Source of the DNA: a virus
Taxonomy: Duplodnaviria > Caudoviricetes
Direction: 5' to 3' (one strand)
DNA length: 59,286 nt
IMG/VR virus record: IMGVR_UViG_3300045994_000112
Coordinates: 1-59,286 of that record
In this document: one piece after another, positions 29,455 through 38,571 of the stretch
Layout: the number at the start of each line of letters is the position of its first letter
How positions within the stretch are numbered: position 1 is the first letter of the stretch
Translations under genes and position numbers: made by a program
The notes under the pieces: generated by a model
Seen by the model: only the letters and a program-made list of their open reading frames with translations
What the model was told of the DNA's origin: nothing
Database searches by the model: none

Positions 29455-29569
29455 CAGGATCACTTTAATTGGCGGCTGCTCTACCGACTGAGCTACTCCC
29501 GATTGCTCGGAAGGAGGGATTCGAACCCTCGACAGGCTGCTTGGGTTTATTAAATGCTGGACTGATCCT
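29455..29569 (-). ncRNA. CAGCAA-helix RNA with permuted tRNA-like domain (YrlA-like)
   Basis: AGGATCA/TGATCCT helix; T arm, then acceptor stem capped by GCAA, then D arm GCTCAGTCGGTAGAGC. Confidence 0.85.
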
Positions 29570-29574
29570 AAAAC

Positions 29575-29651
29575 TGGTAGCCTCACTCTGACTCGAACAG
29601 AGGACCTATGCGTTATCAACACATTGCTCTAACCAACTGAGCTATGAGGCT
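29575..29651 (-). tRNA. tRNA-Ile(GAT)
   Basis: Cloverleaf, CCA. Confidence 0.95.
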
Positions 29652-29658
29652 ATCTAAC

Positions 29659-29734
29659 TGGTTGCAGGACTTGGATTTGAACCAAGGATGGCGAAGGCTT
29701 ATGAGACCCTGCTGGTGACCGGACCCTTCCTGCT
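29659..29734 (-). tRNA. tRNA-Met(CAT), initiator-like and atypical
   Basis: 1:72 mismatch; reduced D arm. Confidence 0.75.
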
Positions 29735-29747
29735 ATAAAACTAAAAT

Positions 29748-29820
29748 TGGTTGCGAACCACAGAATCGAACTGTCCCTACGGGTTATGAGCCCGTTGTGC
29801 TACCATCACACTCGGCCGCG
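29748..29820 (-). tRNA. tRNA-fMet(CAT)
   Basis: C1:A72 mismatch; GGG/CCC anticodon stem. Confidence 0.85.
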
Positions 29821-29823
29821 AAA

Positions 29824-30000
29824 TTGTTTTAAGGCTGACGTCTTCTACTGTGTACAGGAATCGAACCTGCCCCTCCGGACCTGCCGGTGTCAGCGCCTTG
29901 CGGACTTACACATCAATATCCGAAAGAGCGCGGTAACGCCGAGACGGATAAAGGAAAATTACAGACCTACTGACGATTACCGTCATCAGCCTTAAAACAA
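29824..30000 (-). ncRNA. long-stem RNA enclosing a tRNA-like domain
   Basis: TTGTTTTAAGGCTGATG/CGTCAGCCTTAAAACAA; inner CAGGTTCGATTCCTG T arm. Confidence 0.7.
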
Positions 30001-30161
30001 CTGTCTTATAAAAGTTCACTAAGATATAGGCCGATGCGTACTGGCATACGCAGACCGTTCGCCCTGCCAGGGACCGTAGTAGTTGCCGCTCATACTATGC
30101 GCGGCACTGGCTCCGTCTAAGATCACTTTTATAAAACAACTATCAAACTATTTATACTAAC

Positions 30162-30262
30162 TGGCATGCCAGGGAAGGATTCCAACCTCACCTCCGTTGC
30201 GCTGCGGTGCTCTGGCTCGGTGTCGTACGATCGATATAACACCTTTCTTAAGCTACCTGACA
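30162..30262 (-). ncRNA. tRNA-like RNA with hairpin inserted in D loop
   Basis: TGTCAGG/CCTGGCA acceptor, T arm, CCA. Confidence 0.5.
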
Positions 30263-30796
30263 TATAAGGTTTACGTTCGCGTCATGTGCAGCGGAATCTC
30301 CACTGCGACAATGTTCCTGCAATATCCGAGAAAGGCGGATAATTTATCGGGTTTCCCAGCAGTCACAATGCATGACATTGTAGCTTTTCTCTCTTGGCCG
30401 CTACTCGAACGTAAATTGGTGGAAGTGGCGGGAATCGAACCCTGCATCGCCCCTAGGAGGCAGCCCCAGCTTGGCCCATTAGTGAGAACACTTAACCCGT
30501 CTACGTAGGACGGTGCGAGCATCACTGCCCAGTGCAGATTCTGCAGAATCTGCAGAATCTAAAGTATTCTCGCTGGTGGACCATACGGGAATCGAACCCG
30601 CATTATTTCCATTACACCCCATATTGAAGTACACTGCTACTGTAACCTCATATAGTTACTTCCTACTTTACAGCATTAAGATCTAGTCGAGGATGAACTA
30701 CAACAACCGACGTCAACCAACAATGTACTTCAATATGGAGTATAGATTTATAATTTTGCACTTCCTGCTGATAATCGTCAGTGCGAACCGCTGCTC

Positions 30797-30871
30797 TGGT
30801 ACTCCATAGGAGAGTTGAACTCCTCTTTCCGGCGTGAAAGGCCAGCGTCCTAACCGATAGACGAATGAAGC
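30797..30871 (-). tRNA. tRNA-Glu(TTC)
   Basis: Cloverleaf, CCA. Confidence 0.9.
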
Positions 30872-30974
30872 AAAAATATGTGGACCTAGTTTTCTGTTAT
30901 ATGGCCCATCGAACATTGTGACTTGAAGTCCTGCTTGACATTGTAGTGCAGGGAACTGTGTCGTCTTCAAATTC

Positions 30975-31196
30975 TTACTTAGAACTTGGTGTTATTACAC
31001 CAAAAATATGTGGCGTCCCATCAGCTACTTCCACTTTAATGTGGGATGGCTTATGCCAATTAAACCATGGAATTTCTTGTGTTGCGTTAGCAAGTGTTAA
31101 AAGATCAGTGATCTTCCATACTAACGCCATCGAATCGTCTGTTTCAAACGACTTGTAGTATTTGCCTTGTACGTAGACTTCGTATAATTGTGCCAT
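30975..31196 (-). CDS. hypothetical protein
   Basis: AGGAG SD; TAAATA upstream. Confidence 0.6.
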   Translation of the reverse strand: MAQLYEVYVQGKYYKSFETDDSMALVWKITDLLTLANATQEIPWFNWHKPSHIKVEVADGTPHIFGVITPSSK

Positions 31197-31265
31197 ATAA
31201 CTCCTGTTATTGTTATACTGTATTTACACAGAAAAACAAGATCGCTATATGCTACGATAAAATGA

Positions 31266-31646
31266 TTAACGTTTCAGGCCTCTTGCTTCTCTACCACTGC
31301 CTTTGTTCTTAGCGACAAACGTATCTGTCTGACTGTGGCAGTTAGGGCAAAGTAAGCGTAAGTTAGCAGGCAAATCGTGCCCTGCATTGCCATCTATATG
31401 GTCCAACTGTAATGCTAACTCTTTTCCATTGTGATTTCCATCGTTCCCACACAACGCACATTTATATCCTGCTACGTGCTTAACGCAACGGTGCAAAGTT
31501 CTGCGGTTAGTGACTTCACCTTTGTAAAACTTAGGCAAAGTAATAGTATCAAATTGATGCTGCGCTTGGCAAGCATTGTTACAATACTTATTGGAGTGAT
31601 TTTTCTTTTCGGAATTTTCGGTTCCGCAATTTAGACATTTGAACAT
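31266..31646 (-). CDS. HNH homing endonuclease
   Basis: CALC, LQLDHIDGN, NLRLLCPNCHSQT. Confidence 0.9.
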   Translation of the reverse strand: MFKCLNCGTENSEKKNHSNKYCNNACQAQHQFDTITLPKFYKGEVTNRRTLHRCVKHVAGYKCALCGNDGNHNGKELALQLDHIDGNAGHDLPANLRLLCPNCHSQTDTFVAKNKGSGREARGLKR

Positions 31647-31693
31647 AGTAGACCTCTGTAGTATTTATACATCGCTCTACTATTTAAATTAAT

Positions 31694-31769
31694 TGGTGGA
31701 GGTGACAGGACTCGAACCCGCTACCTACTGGTTGCAAACCAGTCGCTCTCCCAGCTGAGCTACACCCCC
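31694..31769 (-). tRNA. tRNA-Ala(TGC)
   Basis: G3:U70, CCA. Confidence 0.95.
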
Positions 31770-31823
31770 ACAGGTGTAAGTTACATTTTATTTATGCATT
31801 TGCTCATGCATAAAATTTTTATT

Positions 31824-31907
31824 TGGTGCCCCGGGGGAGACTCGAACTCCCACGCCTCTCGGCACTGGTTTCTAAGACCAGCGTGTCTACCATTCCACCA
31901 CCAGGGC
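31824..31907 (-). tRNA. tRNA-Leu(TAG)
   Basis: Long variable arm, CCA. Confidence 0.95.
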
Positions 31908-31930
31908 TAAATTTCTTGTTTTTGTTTTTG

Positions 31931-32155
31931 TTACTTGTGTATCTGCTGCATGTCTGTCGCGCCCCAAAAATCATCATCGGCTATCAACGGTGAAGGCTCT
32001 GTGGCATCAAACCTGTCTTTAAATAACTCGTCTCCGAACGCTTCTAGCAACTCTGCAGGAACGGTCTCGAAGTCCATTTCCTCCATAGAGACAGAGTCAG
32101 CAAAATCTTGCTGCATGTCGTCTAATAGTTTTTGCTGTTTTTCGTTGTTTCGCAT
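31931..32155 (-). CDS. small acidic protein
   Basis: MRNNEKQ start just after TATAAATA. Confidence 0.6.
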   Translation of the reverse strand: MRNNEKQQKLLDDMQQDFADSVSMEEMDFETVPAELLEAFGDELFKDRFDATEPSPLIADDDFWGATDMQQIHK

Positions 32156-32174
32156 AAAAGTATTTATATGTTGT

Positions 32175-32253
32175 TGGCGCACCGTAGGGGATTCGAACCC
32201 CTGATCTCTACCGTGACAGGGTAGCGCATTAAGCCGGACTATGCTAACGGTGC
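32175..32253 (-). tRNA. tRNA-Asp(GTC)
   Basis: Cloverleaf, CCA. Confidence 0.9.
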
Positions 32254-32333
32254 AAAATTGGTGTGTATGCTCCCCGTCGGTGAATTTCTTCGCTGACCCG
32301 GTGCCCTCGCCGTTACATACTCTTAGGCAAATT

Positions 32334-32417
32334 TGGTGGAGAAGGATGGATTCGAACCATCGCGCGGTTAAGAACGGATTTACAGTCCGTCGGTATCGGC
32401 CACTCACCCACTTCTCC
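32334..32417 (-). tRNA. tRNA-Tyr(GTA)
   Basis: Cloverleaf, CCA. Confidence 0.9.
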
Positions 32418-32558
32418 ATAACTGAATTTGTTTATCGTTTATAGTATCCAAGCTGTAAACTGATGCATTACTGCACTGCCACACGCAACGGTTCGAAGGA
32501 CTGTGTCTTGGTCGACTAACCCTTCCGGCGGTATCCGTGTGCTCACATAAACAAAACT

Positions 32559-32694
32559 TGGTGTAGTAATTGGGATTCGAACCCAACTGGTTTGCCATTT
32601 TACGACATAGTAATTACTCCATATCGCTGTATGCCCCTTGGGTGATCAATTCCTACTCACACACAGGCACAAACTTGTCGACCAAACTTACCAC
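32559..32694 (-). ncRNA. tRNA-shell RNA with internal permuted CAGC-helix
   Basis: GTGGTAA/TTACTAC-ACCA acceptor, T arm; inner GTGCCTG...GGGCAT-A-CAGCGA. Confidence 0.55.
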
Positions 32695-32700
32695 AAAAAC

Positions 32701-32774
32701 TGGAGGCCAGGGATGGAATTGAACCACCCTAAACGGACTTGCGATCCGCTACATAAACGATCTGACACCTGGCC
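32701..32774 (-). tRNA. tRNA-Cys(GCA)
   Basis: U73, C33 variant, CCA. Confidence 0.8.
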
Positions 32775-32840
32775 ATAAAACTAAGTAACTGGACGGTCGC
32801 TCTCTGACGGTTTCGCTCGTCGGATACAGTTACTAAAACT

Positions 32841-32916
32841 TGGAACGCTCATGGAGAATCGAACTCCATTTGACGCGGGTTTGCAATCCGCCGCCTATCC
32901 AACTGGCTCTGAGCGC
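32841..32916 (-). tRNA. tRNA-Cys(GCA)
   Basis: U73, CCA. Confidence 0.85.
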
Positions 32917-32926
32917 ATAAAAACTT

Positions 32927-32952
32927 TGGTCGGAGTACAAAGATTCGAACCT
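32927..32952 (-). pseudogene. tRNA 3' fragment (Pro-like)
   Basis: GGTTCGAATCTTTGTACTCCGACCA with no 5' half. Confidence 0.5.
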
Positions 32953-32965
32953 TATACACATAAAT

Positions 32966-33044
32966 TGGTCTCGGCGGCAGGATTCGAACCTGCGACATCC
33001 TGCTCCCAAAGCAGGCGGAGTGAACCGGGCTATCCTACGCCGAG
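32966..33044 (-). tRNA. tRNA-Pro(TGG)
   Basis: Cloverleaf, CCA. Confidence 0.9.
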
Positions 33045-33638
33045 TATTTCTGCAATACGCTGTTCTATACGCTCTTTTGAGTCGATGCGGTAAACAGTGT
33101 ACCCTAAACTATTTAGTGCTGCATCGCGTTCTCGATCTTTATCGGAATCTTTATGCCATTGCGCACCATCTATCTCAATAATAACATTACCTATAACAAA
33201 ATCTGGAAAATACTTTCCTATTCGTTTCTGGTGTTCAAATTCGATACCTAACTTAGTTAAGTACTCATACGCAACCTTTTCAGGGTACGTCATTTTATTT
33301 CTATTTCCCGCAAGTCGCCTATTAGGATGTGTCTCGGGATGATCTATGTGTAATTGCTTCCTCCATTCGGATTTAGCTTTACGCATATCATCAGTCCATA
33401 TTGTGTTGGACGGCTTGCCCATCTTCACTGCTGACAATGCGGCTGCGTTATTTGCCACTCTACTATCAGTAGCTTTATTCAAACCTTTGTTCCACGATGG
33501 AACACCTTTTGTATGAGAGACATAGTTTCTATCTGGATTGCTTGGGCACAGCCTTTCGTGATTACGTAGTGAGTTCAAATTTTTGCACTCTTTTCCGCAA
33601 TACTTGCAATTCAAATTTATTACTTCGGTTATTCTCAT
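33030..33638 (-). CDS. DUF559/Vsr-like endonuclease with zinc finger
   Basis: CKYCGKEC..HERLC; YFPDF..IIEIDG.QWH..D.ERD..L..LGY. Confidence 0.85.
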   Translation of the reverse strand: MRITEVINLNCKYCGKECKNLNSLRNHERLCPSNPDRNYVSHTKGVPSWNKGLNKATDSRVANNAAALSAVKMGKPSNTIWTDDMRKAKSEWRKQLHIDHPETHPNRRLAGNRNKMTYPEKVAYEYLTKLGIEFEHQKRIGKYFPDFVIGNVIIEIDGAQWHKDSDKDRERDAALNSLGYTVYRIDSKERIEQRIAEILGVG

Positions 33639-33652
33639 ATATTAAAATACAA

Positions 33653-33704
33653 CAGGATTCGCTTTGTTTTACATATGAAAGTATAAAATTGCTGAAAGAA
33701 TCCT
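33653..33704 (-). ncRNA. minimal CAGCAA-helix RNA
   Basis: AGGATTC-TTT-CAGCAA...GAATCCTG. Confidence 0.7.
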
Positions 33705-33709
33705 AAAAC

Positions 33710-33783
33710 TGGCGGGCCGACAAGAACTCGAATCTTGACTGACGGTTTTGGAGACCGTAGTGCTGCCATTACACTATCAACCC
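33710..33783 (-). tRNA. tRNA-Trp(CCA)
   Basis: Cloverleaf, CCA. Confidence 0.9.
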
Positions 33784-33796
33784 ATATTACTATTTA

Positions 33797-33871
33797 TGGT
33801 GCATCGACTTGGAATTGAACCAAGACTCAACCGATTATGAGTCGGACGCTTTACCATTAAGCTATCGACGC
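33797..33871 (-). tRNA. tRNA-CAT (Ile2 or elongator Met)
   Basis: Cloverleaf, paired 1:72. Confidence 0.85.
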
Positions 33872-33997
33872 ATAAACCATATAGAAGTGCATTAGTTTCC
33901 TAGCTTTCGGTAGACATGCCTGTCCTTTCGGGTAGCCCCTGCGTCCAGTTGCTAGGTACCCCAACCGTAAATACACTTCTATATGGCCACTGCAAAG

Positions 33998-34072
33998 TGG
34001 TAGGACTGGAGAGAATCGAACTCTCATAGACCGGTTAAAAGCCGGATATTCTGCCATTGAATTACAATCCCA
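33998..34072 (-). tRNA. tRNA-Lys(TTT)
   Basis: Cloverleaf, CCA. Confidence 0.85.
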
Positions 34073-34075
34073 TAT

Positions 34076-34151
34076 TGGTCCATCGCCTCGGAATCGAACC
34101 GAGTATCCTCCGGGTAAGAGCCGGTTGCTTCGCCACTAAAGCTTGCAATGG
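34076..34151 (-). tRNA. tRNA-Lys(CTT)
   Basis: Cloverleaf, CCA. Confidence 0.85.
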
Positions 34152-34521
34152 ATAGTACGTATTAAAATTATCTTTTACGTGCTATCCAGGACCATACATG
34201 GGATCTAGGATAACACTATATTTTCGCGGAGTCCCGTTTCATATAGTACCTTCTTTCATTAAAATTTAAACTAACACAAAATTGGGGGCGTCTGTTAGTG
34301 GCGTCTAACATCTCTCTGGTTACTGACCGAGCGTATTTCATTATACTAAGCTACCCATAACTGGTGCAGAACCATACGGTTTTTATTCGGCCCAAGGTAC
34401 GACGCTTGAGGCAAACTGCAAATTGGCGTCGGCGTTTGTGAGTAGTGCGGAGTCATTTCGCACGATAGCTACAAGGCTTTACCCGAAGGCAGTCGCCGTC
34501 TTTTACTCTACCGACATAACT

Positions 34522-34592
34522 TGGTGCACCTAAGGAGAATCAAACTCCTCTACGTTCGGCTTCAAATCCGACTCGCAATATCAATCTAGCGC
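34522..34592 (-). pseudogene. degenerate tRNA-like RNA
   Basis: T arm and CCA present; D arm reduced; 8-nt anticodon loop. Confidence 0.45.
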
Positions 34593-34597
34593 ATAAC

Positions 34598-34671
34598 TGG
34601 AGCGGGGTAGGAGAATCGAACTCCTCGCTTTAGCTTGGAAGGCTAAGGTATTACCACTATACGAACCCCGC
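34598..34671 (-). tRNA. tRNA-Gly(TCC)
   Basis: Cloverleaf, CCA. Confidence 0.9.
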
Positions 34672-34678
34672 ATTTAAA

Positions 34679-34856
34679 TTGTTTTAAGGCTGACGTTTGT
34701 GCTTGCGTACAGGATTCGAACCTGCCCATCCGGGTTTAAAGCCCAGTATGCTATCCACTACATCAACGTAATCTCCTTACCAACCATACTGCAATACTTA
34801 TGGACAGGAGTCAAACTTCAGACTGCTTCAAATTGCAGTTATCAGCCTTAAAACAA
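34679..34856 (-). ncRNA. long-stem CTGCAA RNA enclosing tRNA-like domain (TTA anticodon)
   Basis: Same terminal stem as 29824-30000; GGCTGAT-AA-CTGCAA; CTGGG-CT-TTA-AA-CCCGG. Confidence 0.7.
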
Positions 34857-35043
34857 CTAACTAAAATCATTACCAATAGCACACGGAATCGAACCGTAAA
34901 GTCTGTATTACTGACTGCGACCACGCCAAGCTCATGCATAAACCTTTATGCTATCTTGCTGTTACTGCCTGGGATTCCGAGCCCCAATGCGCCGAAGCCA
35001 GTCCCGTGAATGACTCAGTAACAACGGATAATGAAAACTAACA

Positions 35044-36193
35044 AATATGACCTGCCGCTACGTTTGGACTCTTACCACAGTTTTTCTCGAGGGTACAAGC
35101 CCCGACGCTGTTTATGGCCTTTTCAGGAACATCACTGCAAAGAGCACCGCGGAAGGATGATGCCCTACTGTTTACTTTTCGGTTAATTACTCCGACTAAT
35201 TAGATGGGAATACGCGGCGCCTACTAGGAACTCAATGTTCCGTTCGACTTCTGTCCCCGGCAGCATCACCGCCGACACAATTTTTCATACCCTACTGGAC
35301 CGACTTTGCTCATCGTTTGTCAATCGCGTCTGCTTGAACTACCAATGCACATTTGATTGAAGACCGCGGCGAACCCACGGCTCGGCACCCATCTACTATT
35401 GAAAAATGGTATCTTAGTATACTATTTCTTTGCCCATCGTCGTTTTGCTGACTCGGACATTCTTTTTATTGTTTCCTCTGATCTGGGCTTGCATTTGCGG
35501 CCCTTCATCGCTTCGGAAACTTTCCTCTTTTGTTCTTCAGATTTTGGTTTCTTAGCACCTCGACGCACTGCTTCACGCAGGGCCTCGGGGTAATTCTCCA
35601 ACATTCTTTTCGACTGTTTTGCTTTATGCTCTTCTGATCTTGGTTTTTTAGGAATACCTAAATCATTTACATATCGCCAACCACAGCCGCCGCCTAAAAC
35701 TATGTTATACACATCAGTTCTTTGCAAGAACTCTGCGTTAACATAATGCCTTTCAGCTTCACGCATTGAGGCTTCGTCTTCGAAGTATTCCAAAATCGTT
35801 TTCGAAAAATTCTCTTTACCAGATTTTGCTATTGCTTGTCTGATTATTTTTCCACTGCCCATATAACCATCATTTAAGTTCTTGGTTTTATGGACGCCGA
35901 CATAAATCATTCCGTTAGTAGTGTTCTTGATCTCGTACAAATAAAAATGCATATAGCCTCCTACTTTATTTATACAAAATGTGTCGCCATCTACTATCTT
36001 ACTAACCTGTGTCTTAGTATTAGTCCCAGAGTATATTCACATGCACAGAGGACTGGGCTCCATGTGCTGCTACATGATTTGCAGGCCTGTTACAAAAGGT
36101 TCTCTAATGTCAGGTTCCTTTATCCGCTTATCCTAGTCCCGCTGGTGTCCGAAGGCCGTGCGCTAACCAAGATAAGTTTCAGCTAATCATATA
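35044..36193 (-). ncRNA. probable ROOL-like large RNA interrupted by an endonuclease gene
   Basis: About 560 nt net; ATATGAT/GTCATAT end pairing; TAGCGCA, AGTAGATGG and TAACCGAAAA motifs match ROOL as recalled from memory. Confidence 0.55.
35422..35952 (-). CDS. GIY-YIG (Seg-like) homing endonuclease with NUMOD3
   Basis: YLYEIKN..NGMIYVGVH..DGYMGSG; SEEHKAK repeats; own TATAAATA. Confidence 0.9.
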   Translation of the reverse strand: MHFYLYEIKNTTNGMIYVGVHKTKNLNDGYMGSGKIIRQAIAKSGKENFSKTILEYFEDEASMREAERHYVNAEFLQRTDVYNIVLGGGCGWRYVNDLGIPKKPRSEEHKAKQSKRMLENYPEALREAVRRGAKKPKSEEQKRKVSEAMKGRKCKPRSEETIKRMSESAKRRWAKK

Positions 36194-36540
36194 TAAACTC
36201 ACTCGCATCTGCCTTTTTGAGCCGCGTGTTCTATCCCTTAGCTTCGGCCTAGGACCAATCAGGATGTGCACATGTACACTAGAGCTTATATATGATCACA
36301 ATCACTAAAACGCTTGCCGGCGTAAACGACCCCGGGGCGCTGATCGACTGTAAATCATATTCAAACACATTATTTCCCCCGGGGCGTACCCCAGAGTTAA
36401 ATCATCCCTGATACAAACTAATGTACTTGAATATGACCCCTTATGCTTCGCAGCATCTTCACGATGTAGCGGACTGTTAAAGCGTATTGCCACAAACTTG
36501 GGCTCAGCACTGTCATCAGCAAAGGGATATCATAACCATT

Positions 36541-36556
36541 AAATTTTTAAAGAACA
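36541..36556 (-). promoter_or_regulatory. rrn-type boxA antiterminator
   Basis: TGTTCTTTAAAAATTT; a second copy at 36667-36683. Confidence 0.65.
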
Positions 36557-36721
36557 AGTATTGTCTGTTAGGTAAGTTAGATGGGAGATTTCCCTTACCC
36601 TGTTACTCTGTATCAGTCTACCCTAAAGTAGCATCAACCTGCGGCTCCCCGTGCACGAACAGACAAAAACTTTTTAACGAACATCTAGCAGCTAACTCGA
36701 TCATTTACTGCTTAAGTACCT

Positions 36722-36931
36722 ATTGTACATTAAAGTTAATTTAGTGTCAAACACTTTGTTTCTATCCCTTAGCAAGCTTAGGATTTCTTCACTTAGTGCT
36801 TTATCTAACTTAAGTCTTATTGTACATTAAAACCTATTAAGCGTCAACTTAGTTTGGCAATCTTTTTACTTACCGCCAACCACCTCATCAACTTAAGTAC
36901 CTATTGTACATTAAAACGTTTATTACGTCAA
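36722..36931 (-). promoter_or_regulatory. three tandem sigma70 promoters
   Basis: TTGAC(A/G)-17-TACAAT at 36722-50, 36819-47 and 36903-31. Confidence 0.8.
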
Positions 36932-37248
36932 ATCCTGAAGCTTTCGCCACATCCACAACGATCTCGCTCGTTTGGGTTGTTGAAGCGGAATCCCTCATTC
37001 AATCCTTCACGTACATAGTCCACTTCCATGCCTTGTAAATAGGCACAGCTCTTAGGGTCAACGAACAGTTTGCAGTCCTTGCATTCAATGCAAAGGTCTT
37101 CTGCTTGCGCTTCGTCTACGTACTCTAGCACGTATGCTAGTCCACTGCAACCTGTTGTCTTAACGCCAAGACGGATACCGGCACCTTTACCACGCTTTGC
37201 GATAACTTGCTGTATCTTTCTAGCTGCTTTATCAGTCAGTGACAACAT
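36928..37248 (-). CDS. iscA: iron-sulfur cluster assembly protein IscA
   Basis: RLGVKTTGCSGLAY; CGCGESF. Confidence 0.95.
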   Translation of the reverse strand: MLSLTDKAARKIQQVIAKRGKGAGIRLGVKTTGCSGLAYVLEYVDEAQAEDLCIECKDCKLFVDPKSCAYLQGMEVDYVREGLNEGFRFNNPNERDRCGCGESFRI

Positions 37249-37625
37249 GCTTTGCCTTGTAATCTGCAACCGCTGCCTTGATAGCATCTTCTGCAAGAAT
37301 AGAGCAATGGATCTTTACTGGTGGCAGAGCGAGTTCTTCTGCGATTGTACTGTTTTTCAGGGACGCGGCTTCGTCCAGTGTTTTTCCTTTGACCCATTCT
37401 GTCACTAATGATGACGATGCAATGGCTGATCCGCAACCGTAAGTCTTAAATCGTGCATCAGTGATGATGCCGTCTACCACTTTGATTTGTAGCTTCATTA
37501 CATCGTCAACAACCGCAAGCTGGGGCACCAACCATCCCGGTCCCAACTTGCGCATCTCCTTTACCGAACGACCCTACGTTCCTCGGGTTTTCATAATGGT
37601 CAATCACAGCATTTGAATAAGCCAT
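37232..37625 (-). pseudogene. iscU: IscU with 7-nt frame-disrupting insertion
   Basis: MAYSNAVIDHYENPRNVG..GAPACG in one frame, DVMKLQIKV..YGCGSAIASSS..LPPVKIHCS in another. Confidence 0.85.
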
Positions 37626-38208
37626 AATAACCTCCTTTTAAAAATCTTATTACGTGCATAGGTTGATAGCTATCCCACTTAGCACGATTGTCTGCACCCT
37701 TGAGGAACTGAATATTTTTCTTGCTCCCCAATACTTCAGCCGGTAGTCCTAATTCATATCCCTGTTTGTAGGGGACGACATGGTCTACTTGCCAATCTGT
37801 TTTTCTTTTACCGCAAGTGGGGACATATTCTCCTGCTTGCTTCATTGCCTTAATCGTTCTATAAGTTGCCTTGCGTACCATTCCCTTATACACTGCTAAC
37901 TCACTGTTAGCTGGTTTTTTAGGACGTCGATTATTAACTGCTCCGTCTCTATTGGGGTTATTGGTGAGCCACTTTTGACTCTGCTTTTCGTTTGGCAAAC
38001 CCTTGTTCCATCCGTGCCCTTTTTTAAGGCCGTCATGGTTTTGTTTCTCTTTTTGCTCTGCTGTTAGCTTAACCCCTTTGTTCCAAGCTTTATTACCTGG
38101 ACGATTAATAGGGTTTTTGCATGGCGCAGAGCAATAAAGCACATACCTGGGTTTAGTTTCAAACAGGTTGCCGCAAAACTTACAAACAGACGATATTCCG
38201 TATTTCAT
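37600..38208 (-). CDS. HNH-like homing endonuclease
   Basis: CKFCG..YCS..C, WNKG repeats, VDHVVP...N. Confidence 0.75.
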   Translation of the reverse strand: MKYGISSVCKFCGNLFETKPRYVLYCSAPCKNPINRPGNKAWNKGVKLTAEQKEKQNHDGLKKGHGWNKGLPNEKQSQKWLTNNPNRDGAVNNRRPKKPANSELAVYKGMVRKATYRTIKAMKQAGEYVPTCGKRKTDWQVDHVVPYKQGYELGLPAEVLGSKKNIQFLKGADNRAKWDSYQPMHVIRFLKGGYYGLFKCCD

Positions 38209-38501
38209 ACAGTATTTATGTTGGTGCGCCCGTTTGCGAGTTTTTCCTGGCTCTTGTGCATCAAAGCACCGTACTTCAATGTGAACATGAATGTGTCGTC
38301 TGTTGCTACAGTGAACACAGCCCATGCTTTGTTAACTTTTCCCCAGCGGTAGTCTCGTTCACGTTCGTAATTGAACGTGTAAAAATCCGCATCTAATTCT
38401 GTCTCCATTGCCCACATCAAGATATCGTCTACGAATTCTTGGCGGGCATACTTGTGCTCATCCCTGTGAAGGTGGACGGGCATTTCGATTCTAACTTTCA
38501 T
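38205..38501 (-). CDS. hypothetical protein
   Basis: AAGGAG SD; ATGA overlap. Confidence 0.65.
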   Translation of the reverse strand: MKVRIEMPVHLHRDEHKYARQEFVDDILMWAMETELDADFYTFNYERERDYRWGKVNKAWAVFTVATDDTFMFTLKYGALMHKSQEKLANGRTNINTV

Positions 38502-38571
38502 TTTCGCTCCTTTGTTTTTCAACAATGGGAAGCGGTGAAGTGTGGTAAATAAAACATTTTTGTTTCCTTAT

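Noticed and set aside
29865-29890. GGCAGGTCCGGAGGGGCAGG resembling SRP RNA
   Set aside because: Lacks GGAAGGAAGCAGC; better read as arms of a tRNA-like domain
30418-30620. tmRNA
   Set aside because: CCACCA ends present, but no G3:U70 with a tag ORF and pseudoknots
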